Made by a program: the position numbers and the translations under genes
From: Rhodosorus marinus CCMP1338
Lineage: Eukaryota; Plantae; Rhodophyta
Assembly: GCA_029953675.1 (NCBI GenBank)
Contig: JAMWBK010000007.1
Span: 930,001 to 994,000, forward strand
Reading direction: 5' to 3'
DNA: 64,000 nucleotides
Part shown: positions 12,877 through 28,240 of the stretch, piece by piece
How the letters are laid out: every line of letters begins with the position of its first letter
Position numbering within the stretch: position 1 is the stretch's first letter
Notes under the pieces: generated by a model
Databases searched by the model: none
Told to the model about the DNA's origin: nothing
Seen by the model: the letters and a program-made list of their open reading frames with translations, nothing else

Positions 12877-13649
12877 AACGCCTCAATCCTTCCCTACCCC
12901 CCCTTTCCCTCTTTAAACAAAACTAGAACAGAACGAGGCAAAGCAAAACTAAAAAAAAACAAACTCCAAACACACACACACACACCACCAAAACGGCCAA
13001 CACTTGTCCCTCCTCCCTTCCTTTCAAAACCTGATCTCCTACTCTATCCCTTCCTTACTCCCAACCCGAACCAACCCCTGACCACCACACCTTCTCCTCT
13101 CCTTCCGGTGAAGAAGCGAAGACCAAACACACGAAATCCTTCTCATCCATTCCGGGCACGCCCGAATTTTTTTTTTTTTCCCCAAGCACATTGAGAAAAC
13201 ATCCAAAAAAAAAAAAGCCAATCACCGACGACGCCGCGGCAGAAATCGGTAATAAAATTTACGTAATACAAAAAAGAATAGGTATCGAAAAAAGCCCCCA
13301 AAAGGGGCCCAGAGGAAGAAACAATTTTTTTCGAGTGACAGTCTGTCTTCTTAATTTATTTGGAGTGACAGTCTGTCATCTTAATTTTTCTCTTTTTTTG
13401 AAGAGAACAAGAAAAATAAAATAAAATAATGAAATAAACACAGTCCGTTGGAATGTTTGTTATCAATGACACGACACGTGTCCACCTGGGTACTGAGTCA
13501 ATTATTTCAGAATTCCCGGTTATACTTCCCTCCGAATTGCTCCCTAATTAGGTAGAATATCCCAAATCTAAGTTTCATTTCCTAACTCTGATTGGTCTTT
13601 TTTTTTTTGGTCTCTGTTGCTTGTCTACTTCAAGCTATAACCTCGAAAG

Positions 13650-14700
13650 CCACACGTGATTGTTTCCGACCGTGATTCGAAGTCTACCAGCGTCTATTCT
13701 GGCAGCAACTTATGCGATTGTTGAAGGTCAAAACCAATATGAATACTACGTACCACCCCCCAGATGGACAAAAACTGAGGGATGGCAGACGCTCGCACTG
13801 CAGCTGAACTATTCCTCCAGAACTGGGCAGGCTTGGGAGTACAAACCCGACGATTGTTTCCGACCGTGATTCGACGGTTACCAGTCTATTCTGGCAGCAA
13901 CTTACGCGATTGTTGAAGGTGAAAAACCAATGAGTACTGCGTACCACCCCCAGACGGATGGACAAATTGAGCGAGTCAACCAAACTTTGGAGACGTATTT
14001 GAGATGCAGCAGTACCCGAGCAACCTGGGCCTCGGACCTCGAATCACGGTCGGAAACAATCGTGCGGGTTAGTCCACCGAAGCGTACCCAGTTCTGGAGG
14101 AATAGTTCAGCTGTTGTGCGAGCGTCTGCATCAGTCCTAGTCGCGACAAACTTCGCGTACTTCGAGAATCGGCCGACGATTACGTCATGTCCAGATCCCG
14201 TCGTCGGGACCGGCCAGAATTCAAGGATTTCCTCTTTAACACGCGGAGAGATCCTAACCTGTCGTGGACAATGTTATGCAGAAGCCTCGAAGAGTACACC
14301 GGAAGTTAGCAAGAACGCCAACAGTAGGAACGGAGGTCTAGGGAGAGGCTCAAGGGAAGAAAACTTGTGATGGCATCGACCCAAGCCACCAGGAAGACGC
14401 ACAGGGTTACGTGCTACAATTACGGTCAGCGTCGACATTTCAAGAACGAATGTCCAGAACCAGAAGAAGCGACCACGAAGAAATTTCACTCCGGAATCGT
14501 GAGACCGACTCAAGGGAGTGGCAAACGTACTGATCGATGCCAGGGGGTCGAAGACGCATTATACGTCTGCCGTCCTAGCGAGGACTCTGGCCGGACACGT
14601 GCTTGATATAATCATCGAGAAAAATTCTTGAGGACCGGTCAGACCCCCCTGGCATCCATCAGTACGTTCGCTACTCCCTTGAGTCGGAGAAGCGTCTGTA
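13650..14700. mobile_element. Scrambled Ty3/Gypsy remnant (integrase, gag zinc knuckle and protease fragments in both orientations)
   Basis: IVSDRD...FWQQL...MSTAYHPQTDGQIERVNQTLETYLR on the + strand, duplicated at 195 bp spacing (13660/13855). Inverted integrase piece RFSKYAKFV...AELFLQNW at about 14030-14230. CYNYGQRRHFKNEC at about 14410. VLIDARG at about 14530, with an inverted copy at about 14660. Confidence 0.85.
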
Positions 14701-15420
14701 GCTGGTACTTCCATTGCCCGAGGGCATTCCTGGACTCCTCCTTCCCAGTACTGAGGGTAACTTCAGGTCCATAGTTCGCCGTTCCCTCTCAGCCAAAGTC
14801 ACTCTGGTTTGCATCATGAGTTCACTCAAAGGTATTTATTCTCGCACTAAGCGACTGAGCCCATGTAGAAAATTGATCTCTGCTGTAGCCTTTTCTCAAA
14901 CATCGGTGCCTTCCTTTCTTCGTACTCTGACCTCATGCAAACAAATGCACCCACGTAGAGCGTATATCCGCTATGGTCCAATATTATCTGCTACTGCTAC
15001 GGTAAGGTTCCTACCCCTGTGGTGTTAAGGTCTCCATACTCTTTGACCTTTCAACATTGAGGAGGGAGGAAGGTTAAGAAGCACAGCCACCGTCCTAAAC
15101 CTAGCACGGCCATAGTGCTAACCCTAGCACAGCCGGAGGGCTAAAGTGGAGACTCGTGATGGGATTTGGCACCCTATCCGGGTCTCTCGGGGTTAGCTTG
15201 AGGAGGGAGGAAGAAAAAAAAGAAACCAGAGTTAGAACAAAGAAGTTACAAGTGAAACGCTTTTTTACGAAGAAATTGAATACTAGGACAAGCGTCAGTT
15301 GAGGACGCTTCACAGACTGTCACGTTGCACAGGCGCTCTATTTAGCTTAACATCATGTCGCTCGGAGACAACATCGATGATAAAGATGTCCCCAACAGGA
15401 AAAGGCGGCGTTTTGAGGCG

Positions 15421-16116
15421 TCAGAGAGTCAAAAGACAGTTTGCCGTGAGGAAGGCCATCAGGATGAGCTCGGCTAATATACGAAATGAGGCCATAAAAG
15501 CCGATACCGTCACCTGAACCGGTTTGCGTCGATAAGTGAGTGGAACAAACCGATGCGACGAGGCCGTAGAGTACCGTCATCCCCTCAGCGTGCTCGGACG
15601 CCTTGAATCGTCGTACTGAACGCAGCTTCAGCACCACGACACCGGACGGACTCTGGAAGGTATCTGGTCCCTTGAACTGCAGTGTCGTTTGTTCAGAGAC
15701 GGTCAACCCGAGTGGGAACTGGGTCTGACTGAGAGAACGGAGCTAGTAATGAGAGTAAGCTGGCGTCCGAAAGCCGACGACAGAAAGCTTGGCGAAGAGA
15801 GGGAGGCGGAGTAGTGCCCATCGCGGCTGCGAAAAGAGTCCCGAAGCCTGTGAGCGTAGGTAGTGGCTGGATTCTATGCTCTTGGTGTTTTTCGTAGGAT
15901 CAAGTATGTTCCGACTAAGGGCCAGGATGGAGTTCGTCGAACGATATCAAGTGCGGAAACTGTCGTCATCAAATTTACAGAGCTCAAAAAAAGGGGAAGA
16001 AGCACGTCAAAACCTAGACTCAGGTGTGGACAATACCACTGCAAAGAGGCGCGGGAATTTGACGAGTTTTCGTGACGAAGCTCATGCCAAGGTCCCTCTC
16101 CATTGCAGATCGACAT
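15421..16116 (-). CDS. Possible spliced hypothetical protein with a hydrophobic C-terminus
   Basis: ORF pieces can be joined through short GT-AG introns (e.g. about 15515-15551) to end in VTVSAFMASFRILAELILMAFLTANCLLTL*. No recognisable domain. Confidence 0.3.
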
Positions 16117-16205
16117 CGCTCATGGCGATCGCCCGCGCGCTGAGGGCGAGACCCAAGCTTCAGAGCACTCTTGCGTAATCTATGAAGTTGAACGTACAAA
16201 TCTCT

Positions 16206-17088
<883 letters not shown>

Positions 17089-19700
17089 TCAAACAAACAA
17101 AAATATACCAGAAACCTCCAGCTCCCTCTCTCTATCTTAACCCTCCTCTACCCTTCCCCCTCCCAACCCACCCCACCCCCCCCCTCGCCTCCCCCAGCCC
17201 CACACCCCTCCCAAAGCCTTTCCTCTCTCTCTCTCTCTCTGTCCCTCTCTCTGTCTCTCTCTTTTCTCTCTCCTTCACAAACGCTCAATCCAAAAAAACA
17301 AACGAGAAAGCCAAAAATCTTTCAAAATTGTCCTAGTTTCCACATTCTCATATTAAACAGCCGTAAAAGGGCCACATAAGCCTCTCACTGTTCTCAAGCC
17401 ACGAATTTTCCAAAAAATACAAAAAATTTCTTACTTATCAAACTGTTTCCAAAAAAACAGAATATCTTTCCCCTCCTATAGGGACAAGACAATTCTATTT
17501 TCAGTATTTAGTATCCCTCTTATTTTTTACTAAATAAATAAATTTTTGGTTTTAACCCCTAAAGTCTTTCTCCGAATGAATTTTAAAATGATCATAAAAA
17601 GAGGGGGGGGAGAATGTTTTTATTGCTGATGAATTACTAGGTGGCAAAATGACGTCCACAGGTGGGAATGACGGGCAGGGGAGTGTTCTAAATTACTTAT
17701 TTATGAATTTACTGGTGTATAATATTCGTTTAGAGGTTTTTTTGTGGATTTAGGGTCTTGAATATGAATAGAATGTCAAAATCTGGGGTGTTCTGATGTG
17801 GCGAGTTTGTGTTGTTTTGGTAGAGAGCTTGCCGAGTCCACGAGGGTTTGGAACTTGGCGAGGAAGGTTTTTGTCTGCTGAATAGAAGCTGCGAGTTTTG
17901 CATCTGTTTTCCGGTCGTCCTACAGTCTTGAAGGAACATAGGGTCAGTAGTGGTACAGATGACAGCTTTGATCCACACTCTCCGCCGGCTAAACGAAGTT
18001 ATCCACACATGGAGAGCTTGATAAGAGCTGTACTGGACTGCCAAGGTACTGACAAGACCCGGAAAAAATCGTGCAAGCGACAAGAACTCTGCACAACTCA
18101 GTTGCGTCCACAGGGCATGCAGCACTTATCTTGAGTTGACCGATCCCCTCAAATATCGACGATAGCCTGGACACGCTTCCATCTATCGATTTACTCGCTC
18201 GAGCTAGTAGTTTCATCTAATTTTTGCGCAATACAGAATAATCCAGAATCTTATTGAGAGCTAGTTTATATCTAATTATTTCACAAAACGAATGTGTAGT
18301 AAACGGAGGGTTATCATATATTTCTCAAATAACTAAATTGGACCCAGACGAGCGCAAATCCATTCCAGTATATCGAAGAGAGCGCCAGGGTCTTGACGGT
18401 GTTCAGGAGCTAGTTGCCACATGGGGAGCCCAATACTATAGAACTCATCCCCTCGATCCGAACCTTCTGTGCAAGGTAAAGGAGCCAAGTCGCATCTCCT
18501 CCGCCTTGGTCCTATGGGGAAGCAGATGATCTCTTGCGGGCCGTTGGGGGGGGTTAGGAGGGAACTGAAAAACGAAATCATTAAAAAGACACAGGACAGA
18601 AACCAAAACCACAACTGAGAAGCCTTTGTCAAAACGAAGCATATGAACCCTATTCTCCATCCGATTTCATTGTCAATGAAGCTAACCCCGAAGGCCCCAG
18701 CTTCCGCTCCAATACCAAAATCCGATGGTGCACACCATGGACCACACCCGTCAGACACAAAACTCCAGGAAAACACTGAACGAGAAAAAAAATAAAATCC
18801 AATTCTTTGATTATATATAAAAAAGGGAGTCCTCGGCCGCAGCCACGTGTCGAAAATTGCTGAACACAAAATCAGTCTTTTTTCCATATTGACTGCGTAA
18901 AGCTATTTGGCTACAAATTCAACATATATGTAATTCAATTTATCAAGATAATTTAATGAGTCAATCAAAACATTTGACCTGACACCGGTAAATATCCCTC
19001 CAATCAGTTACGGAGAGGACATGCATAATTTATGGCTTTGTCCCAAGAAGGGGGGTGCGTACCCTGTTTTGCGTACCCGATTATGTCATTTTAGAGTATT
19101 AAATAGAAGTTTTTAGATATCGAGCTCAATACGGAAGAAGGGGTGGAGGAAAAAGTCGGGCTACAATTTATGAAGTCTGTGTTTCATAATTAGAGTAGAT
19201 ATATCGTAGATATAGAGCAAAAGATTCCATACGGCGTCCAATAAAGGATTATGGTATCTAGATTAAGAACAGCAGTTTAATGTCCCGTGCTTTTCTTGAA
19301 AATCTAAAGAGTATTTGAATTGTTGAAGTTTTTGGGTAGTAAATGAAGATAGGAGTCAACTGTCATAAGCTGATGGGGAAAACTCTTTGGTCCATTCAGA
19401 ATAGAAAATGAGTGGCGGGGAAGGGTATAAGAAGACATGGTTTTTGGGGAAGATGAAGAGGAAGAGGAAAGGTGGAGAGTAGGGGGGAAGGAGATGACTG
19501 TTTGGAAGATTTTATTAGAGGAAGGTAAGGTGCGAGTAGTTGAGGGGAAGGGGGCATAGGAATTTATTGTTTTTTGTTGGAGAGTGGGGGAGGAGGGAAA
19601 GGGGGAGGGGTGGGATTTGTGAGGAAGAAGGTGGCCTGGTGTATGATCTTTTTTGGGGGGCGTTTTCATCTTGAGGTGAGGATTTCTTAGCGTTTGGTGA

Positions 19701-20691
<991 letters not shown>

Positions 20692-21589
20692 TTGTTTGAC
20701 GAGATGGTTATATGTATGGAGAAGAAGAGAGGAGATTATGCGAGAAAGTTGCGTGGGAAAGAGCCAGCGTGAGCGATTAACCGGATCAGAATAAAAACGA
20801 TGCAGTTACTTTTCTTAAAGATCTCGATGGCGAGCCCCGGGTCTTAAGGGTCATGAGCTCTTTATTTGTTTGTGCTAACCGGTTCCGAGAAAGCAATTCC
20901 TCTCTGAGATGCATTGTCTGAGATAGCCAGTGGTTCCTCACGAAAAGCGCCATCGAGTCTGCCCTGAACGGAAGGAATTTATTCCGTCGAGGTCGTAAAC
21001 TCAGGTAGGTTTCCGCTCTCTGCCACAGGTCACCACGAAGAGTTCGGTTGGGGTACTCTGCGGGCGGCGCGTTACCGCTGAGCGTGTCGTAGCTGTTCCT
21101 CTACAGACGGCTTTGACGATCAGCCCGCGATGAGTACGGCATCTGTTAACCAACCATGTAACATGATTTCTCAAAAGGCCCCCAAACCAGAACTCCAGAA
21201 GATCTCGAGCAACGCCTGCTCATTCGAGGAGACGAACGAGAGGCTAGGGCTCTAGGCGATGCGCAGGAAACCCTCCGCAGTTTGCTCCCTATTGAGTCTG
21301 CTACACATCCCAGTGATCTTACACCGGCAAAACATCCTTCGCGGACTCATTGCGAATGCGACAACTTAGTGATGGACTCTCAAGAAACTCCTCTGTTAGC
21401 TTGTTTGTACTCTGCTAGCAGCCGCTTTAGAACATTGTGAACTCCGATGTGACTTTACGGATCCTCAGTCTTGTTGGTAGTCCTTCGTTGACTATTCAAC
21501 TTTACTACTATTATCCAAACGAAGCAGAACGCTGATCATCATTTTAATGGGAGGCTGTTGTCCCCGAATGAGGTAGACTAGGAAGAGAG

Positions 21590-21890
21590 TAGAGAGCGCG
21601 CCTCCAAAACTAGGGCAGCATTACAGCGCCAGAGAGTCAGTAAAACGAGAGAGTCGTAGGACACCCACCCTGGGGTGGTTTAGCTTCCAGTCAAACCAGA
21701 GGGTTGGACTCAGAAAAAGCATACAGTCGGGAAAGAGCATCAAGTTGGTTGCGGTAACACTCCGGCAACCAAGCACCCCCCAAGCGGTATCTACGAATCC
21801 AAATACCTCTATAAGAAGTCGGGCGAACCGATAAGCAAGTGCAGACTGCAAAGCCTCAGCGTTGGTCCGCGGCTCCGAGTACACTTAACT
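21590..21890 (-). mobile_element. Degenerate RLE C-terminal remnant
   Basis: RFARLLIEVFGFVDTA resembles RFQPFIVESFGHVDKS of the element at 43.5 kb. The end resembles the 5.2 kb tail. Confidence 0.5.
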
Positions 21891-22073
21891 CCTGACGACT
21901 CCCCACAGTATTCTCGAGCTGGGCTTTCAACGAAAGGAGTCCGTCAGAAAGGTTCCGGGCCGCGAGGAGACAAGGGAGCGTTAAGTCCACATACGCTAAT
22001 CGACTTGTATTTATACCTTTGTGGAAACACTCAGGTACTAGCTAGAACGAGGAAACGCAGAAATCGGGTTAGA

Positions 22074-22150
22074 AGTTGTCATTCATGTGTGACACCCTCT
22101 ATAACCCGGGTTATCAGTTGTCATTCATGTGTGACACCCTCTATAACCCG
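22074..22150. repeat. 35-bp direct duplication (42-bp period) with a central palindrome ATAACCCGGGTTAT
   Basis: Identical AGTTGTCATTCATGTGTGACACCCTCTATAACCCG at 22074 and 22116. Confidence 0.9.
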
Positions 22151-22420
22151 ATTTGGTGCATATGGGAATATTCCTTCTGAAGCTATGGTTTGGATACTTG
22201 AAGACACTCACCCATTGACGAGTGTAGTTGAGTTTGTTGAACGTCCTCAAGTAGGAAGACAAGGAGGAGTAACTAAATGCATTGGTTCGTCAGAGCGTAC
22301 ATCTTCGGTTTGCTCAGATTCTCCTAAACCTGCGCTTTGAGAGAGTGGTAGCTCTCGTACTGGATCCCAAGTTTCTTCACGCATCCAAACCAACAAGACA
22401 TTTTCAGCAGAAGCCCTTCT

Positions 22421-22845
22421 GGGGTTTCTGCTGAACGTGTCAATAGGATCGGATGCGGTGAGATATTGACACTAGAAATTATCCTCTACTCATCGCTCTG
22501 AGAACATGATGAACTCAACCACACTCGTCGAAAGATGAGTATCTTCAAGCATCAAACAGGATACATTCAGCTGTGGGGTTTCTGCCGAACGTATCAATAG
22601 GATCGGATGCGGTGAGATATTGACACTAGAAAGTGTCCTCTACTCATCACTCTGAGAACATGATGAACTCAACAACACTCGTCGAAAGATGAGTATCTTC
22701 AGGCATCCAACAGGATACATTCAGTTGTGGGGTTTCTGCTGAACGTATCAATAGGATCGGATGCGGTGAGATATTGACGCTAGAAAGTGTGCTCTACTCA
22801 TCACTCTTAGAACATGATGTCCTCAACCACAACCACACTCGTCGA
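22421..22845. repeat. 154-bp tandem repeat, about 2.8 copies
   Basis: GGGGTTTCTGCYGAACGT at 22421, 22575 and 22729. Confidence 0.9.
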
Positions 22846-23093
22846 ACATTCAGCCGAAAGCCCTTTGGGATCCACGCAGCCAATGTCTATAGACATTGGC
22901 TGCGTGGAGATATTGAGGTTGGAAGGGGTTCGGGTTGCGGGAGGGGAGGAAAGCCGTAAAGGGTTGGTAAAGACTTGATGCAGAAGGAAACGCTTTCTTC
23001 TGCTGGAGTTGTCCTTGTAATATTTAGTTAGGAAACTGGATAGTGTTGTTTCCATCCCTTCTGGAATTTTATTGTGCTTGAAGGGCTAGAGGT

Positions 23094-25520
23094 ATGGAGG
23101 TTGTTGAGCAGGTTGCTGCCGAGCCTGCGGAGAAACAGGAGGCTGAAGTCGAGCAACCAGTGCTGGAGGAGACTGAACCGCCGGAGCTTGAGAGGTTTAC
23201 CAGGAAGGATACTTTGGAACGTGAGCTTGCTTCGGTGTTTGTTTTTTGGGGTTGTCTTTGGCTCTGGGTTAAGAAAACGATGGGTTTGGTCGTCTTATAT
23301 TGTTGTCTTCTCGGTTTTGTTCAGATGTAACTGCGTTGATATCGAAAGTCGTGGACCTTCCTGATGATATGCTCTCAGGCGTCATCTTTGGTGATGAGTA
23401 CGATCGACAGGAAATTCAACAGGTTATTGAGAACGCGACTTACAACTTGGTGACTCCCAAAATTCCACTGGACTTGAGTGAGGAAGCAATCCGGGCTCGC
23501 GCAGTTTCTCTCGGGGAAATACGAAACCCGCTCCCTCTGAACCCACGCCCTCTCCCTCTCTCTCTTCAGACTTGGCTCTACCAACTTTCGGTGGGGCAAT
23601 GGAGGACATCGTTCAGGATTCTTTCAACAAATGCTTCGAAGCACACCTCCCCGTTCCCTGGAACTGGAATGCGTACCTGCTCCCAGCGTAAGTCCTTTTG
23701 AAATGCACAAAAGAAGGCGAACAGCGCCAAAAAGATGCTCAGCTAGATCGCTCCAATGGTGCAGGTACCTCCTCGGGATCTTCGTGCGCTATTTCGTCCT
23801 GTTCCCGATAAGGTTGACCATCCTCATCTGGTCAATCATAGCCTTCCTCGTCATATCCACAATCAATCGAAAGATCGAAAAGGTAACCACAAAACACCAA
23901 CTGCATAACTTTGGGTCTTCTCAAGGGGCAGACCGATACGTCTTCACCAAGCGCGACGACCTCTCAGGTCTAGCTTTTCACAGCTCGAGGGGCAGAAACC
24001 ACCCAGCCCTTGTTTCTGGTCGAAGCTACCGCAGTCAAGTCAAAAACAGAGCAACGCATTCGGGTTTCAATACGTTGCCGCTGTGGTCATCATCAAGGCG
24101 ATCTGCCCAGATGTCCCTTTCCCTTCTGACAACTCGAGTTGAGATCGGAGAGCCGTCGTGCTGGTTGAAGCTCCCGCATTGAAACCAGCGCGTAGAGCAA
24201 TAGCCAATGCGCCGGGACAGATCCAGACTTAGAGGGCATTTGCGCCCTAATCTCTGTACACCGACATTAACGAGGCCGTTGTGATCTTCCCTCCTTTCCA
24301 CAGGACGAGCAAAAGGCGATTGAGAAAGACCGAAAGCTCATGTGGTACTTGGCAAACGCCTGGATTATGGCTTTGGGAGGAGTTATTCAGTACTCTGGAG
24401 TTGCACCAACGACGGGCGCCAAACAGGTGCGTTCATGAGGAAAGACCCACCGCAAGAACGCGTCCGTGATGATGACTGTTTTGCTTCGAATTAATTTGGA
24501 TACTTCAAGGTCTATGTGTCAAACCATACGTCCATTATCGACTACGTCGTTCTACTCGGAGCGCAGACCTTTGCGGTTGTCGGTCAGCACCATCCGCAAC
24601 CCTTGGCTTTCTTCCAGGACGTTGTGTTGAAGTGTCTAAGCTGTATCTGGTTTGATCGGAAGGAGCTTAAAGATCGTGGACTGGTCAGGAATAGGATTCA
24701 GGAGCATGTGAATCGAGCAGATGTAGCACCTTTGTTGATCTTTCCGGAAGGGACGGTACGAGAGCGATAAAGTCAACAAGGGTGTGACCATTTCTGTGCT
24801 GACCATTGAAAGCGTTTCCTCTTTTTTTTTGTTTCCTCGCGTCGAATAGTGCGTGAACAACCACTACACGGTCATGTTCAAGAAGGGAGCTTTTGAGCTG
24901 GACGCAGAAGTTTGTCCGGTTACTCTGAAGTACAATAACATTTTTGTGGATGCGTTCTGGGACACCAGAAACGTCTCGTTCTTGAGGTACCTCTTCGAGC
25001 TAGTAAGTACACGTACTGTTTTCAAAGAAGACCTCTTTGGTTTTGGCGTCTTTATTCAATGTCTTCGGCTCTGTGACTTTTTCATCCAGTTGACGTCTTG
25101 GGCATTGATCTGCGACGTGACCTTCCTCGAGCGGCAGAAGATTCAACCTGGAGAGACTCCGGTAGAGTTTGCCCAGAGGGTACAGACCTTGATTTCCGAC
25201 GTCGGAGGGCTCGAAGCGACACAATTCAATGGCTATTTCAAACATATTCGAGCGGACAAGAAGTGAGAGCAAAGCTTGCAATGCTTCTGTCAGGGGAGTG
25301 CTTCACCTAACCCCGCCAACTCTGAAATCGCCTGCTTCTCCTGTCCATGGTCGTGTGTGTTTCGTTACAAAGGTTTATCGCTCAGCGACAGAAGGAAACC
25401 GCTCAAACAATGCTACGAAGCTTGAAGCTCCAAAAGACTTTGGGAGATGAGAAGGTTAAGAAAATAGCCTTGAAGAAGACCTCTGTGGGCAAGCAAAGCC
25501 TGACCCGCAGAAACGTGTAG
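23094..25520 (+). CDS. GPAT9: ER glycerol-3-phosphate acyltransferase (GPAT9/AGPAT6-like), multi-exon
   Basis: Spliced motifs IVQDSFNKCF..PWNWNAYL, VYVSNHTSIID, LLIFPEGTCVNN, FKKGAFEL, DAFW and LTSWALICDV. The last exon ends ...SLTRRNV* at 25520. Confidence 0.9.
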
Positions 25521-27102
25521 ACTCTACAAGAGGCTCGGCATTCCGCGCCTTCTGCTTTTTTGCTGGAAGCTCCTCAGACGAACCAGTCGTCTGGTTCGCT
25601 GGTCGATGGCTGGAGTCAAGTCAGATGGTAGCCGCGTGTCATGAACTACCTACGCGAGTACCGACTTCACCGGCGCGGCTTGCTATTGTTTTCGAGGCAG
25701 ACCAGATCAGGAATGGATTCCGTTCCTGGAGACGGAGCGCAAATGTCATACGATTACCCGCAAAGCCAGTACTGACCTCGATTGTGCTCGCCACTTTTGA
25801 GGCTGAGGATTGGACGGGTGCCTATTTTAAAACGCTTGAGGAGGGTGATTTGGTACGCGATGCCGGCTTGGCTCGCTCTCTTCGGAGAATTAGGACCAGA
25901 AGTAAACGCGACGGCCTGAGGCGTCTTCTCGAGTTGAACAATTCTGTTCCAGAAGACGGTGGATAGATCATGCGGATCCGATGTTCGCGGGCAAGGATGG
26001 GGTTTTTCAAGACCATCCCCCTCCCCTGACAATACCGCCGGGGTCGAGTTCCTCCGTTGTCAGCGTAGGCTGCCTGCCGGATCAATATCATCAGGTGTCG
26101 ATGACGTGTAGGGCGTCCTTCAAATGCACCGTAGATATGAACAAGGCACTGCAGCTCCGTGCACGTACCCGAGCATTTTCATTGTGCATTCTGTAGACCG
26201 AACGCAATCCTTTGCCAACAAGCTTGGGCAGCTGCCATCGTTCCTATCCGCGTCGCTGTGGTTGGCTTTTTTCATATAGTGAGTATCGCTTGCCTACACT
26301 ATCGAAATATGCTCCCTTCCAGTACTATGGACCACAAGCCGGATGCTTCAAAACTTTGGCAGGACTGCAACTTTCGCTTCCCATAAGGGAAGCCACCAGC
26401 ATCTCGCTTGTTTTGTCGACCGTCAACGGCAAGGCATCAGTTCTACTACTGTCTCTCGAAGCAGAGACTTTTGAGTGATTCTCTTCGCCTGGGGAAGCTG
26501 GACTCATGCCATCTCTGAGCGGCGAATCATTTCCTCTTGTTCAACCGTAGAATGTCAAACGGCCGGACGGTCCATGGGCTTGGAGCACTAGACTAGCCAG
26601 GGGATATGCCATAGCCTTCACGACCATCCGGGCGTCTGGACCCAGTCCTCGAATTAGTTGAAACTGGGACACTTTCCTAGAGCAGGGCACAGCGCTGGGT
26701 GTTTGCGTGCTGGTAGTTCCACAGAAGCTGTCCGTTTCAGTACGACAAATCTCGTTCCCGTCGGAAACGGAAAGGACGCATGGGGATAGATCTACCCCAT
26801 CAAAACCTACCACTGCCATGGAAGCTGATGCTGACAAAGCTCAAACCAGGACGGCGTATCTCGACGGTAACTGCTACAGCGGACAAGGAGAAGTTCGACG
26901 TTGACTTCGGCCTCTGGCCATCGCCTAGAGCACCGTGATCAGGTTAGCGTCTTCACGAAGCAACAGAACTTCCTTATCTGAGAACTTGACCTGCTTATTT
27001 GAAGGACGCAGAGACGGAAGATTCCATTTTGAGGTGGGTGAGCGTCTTCTTCCTCAGCTGGCAGGGGGAGGTGGCGGCTTGCTGGATGTCGTCCAGAGTA
27101 CG

Positions 27103-28240
27103 ATGGAGACTCAACGACGTTTCTGTTTTGTTGGAAGCTTCGGCTGTGGACGCCGTGTTCGTAGCGCGGCGGCGCCGAGGACCTGGAATCATCATCGACG
27201 TTCAGAGCGAACGTGGGTGGTGGTCGAGGCATCGACTGGCGCTTCCGGTAGGAGGTCTGGGCGAAAAGGCCCCTGGCTCACGCGGGTAATCTCCGAGCTG
27301 TTTCGTGAGGGACTGCTGCAGGCTCCGGGGTGTTCGTTTCGGGACCTGGACGTGGACGTGCGAGCACGATCTTCCTGGGAGCTTGTCAAGGGACAATGTG
27401 AGCGCATTGAGGTTTCCTCGGGGCGGTTCAAGTGCGGGGTTCTTCGCGGACAGCGCCTGGAACTCGTCAGCGACCCCTTCTCGCTCAACACTTGGCGGAT
27501 TCTAGCGGGCGATGAGCCTACTTTCGCAAAAGACGTCAGAGTAACTATTGATACAACACTTGCGGAGAACGACTTCACCTCGGATTCTTATGTTTCCCTG
27601 CTCCTCACTGCCCTGATCACGCAGCTATTCAGAGGAACCGTATCTGGAGTTCTCGGTAAGAATGAAACAAAAAGGCAAAGTAACCTTTTCACTCGTCATT
27701 TAGAAACCTGAAACTCTTCACCGTTTCCACTAGGTCGATGGATCCCAGCTGAGATTGGTGGCGTAGAGCTAACTCTCGGTAGCGTTGTTTTCGAAATGGA
27801 GAAGCTCGTCGTTGTGGTAAATCTTGAGTTTTCTGACGGGACGCGTGTCCCACTTAACATACGAACAGGACTGAGCACTGCCGACGATGGACAGTAAGCA
27901 AAAGAAAAACAAAACTCATTCGTCGAGTCAATGAGAAAAAAATCACAGAGCAGAAAACTTTCCGTCTTTGCCGAAATCGGTAAGGACTCTCTTCTTAGAT
28001 TCTCCTAAAGTGATCGTGAAGAATCCGTTCACTGGGAAAGGAATTCCAATTCCCGCTGGAGTTGGCTTTGAGTTTGGAGCGAGCCTTGGACCGAACGTTC
28101 AGATACAACGACTCAATATCGGGGAAGAGAGCATGAACGTTCGAGCCGTTTTGCTAATCCCACGGGATCTGTTTAAGAGGGCTGCGTATCTGCCTGGAGA
28201 TGAATACAGGAGGGAGAGAGTGGAAGTAATTGAACGCTAA
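27103..28240 (+). CDS. Plastid-targeted DUF2993/LmeA-like protein (3 exons)
   Basis: Transit-like METQRRFCFVGSF leader. Domain pattern LDVDVRARSSWELVKGQCERIEV...VTIDTTLAENDF...LFLDSP...SLGPNVQIQRLNI resembles cyanobacterial DUF2993. Confidence 0.65.

Noticed and set aside
12358-13194. 278-aa + strand ORF
   Set aside because: It is antisense to RPS7 and runs into low-complexity promoter DNA.
17730-18890. Possible gene between the ARF paralogs
   Set aside because: Only short ORFs on both strands, with no recognisable motif or consistent splice model.
25625-26904. Short ORFs between GPAT9 and the DUF2993-like gene
   Set aside because: They may hide a real spliced gene, but strand and product could not be supported.
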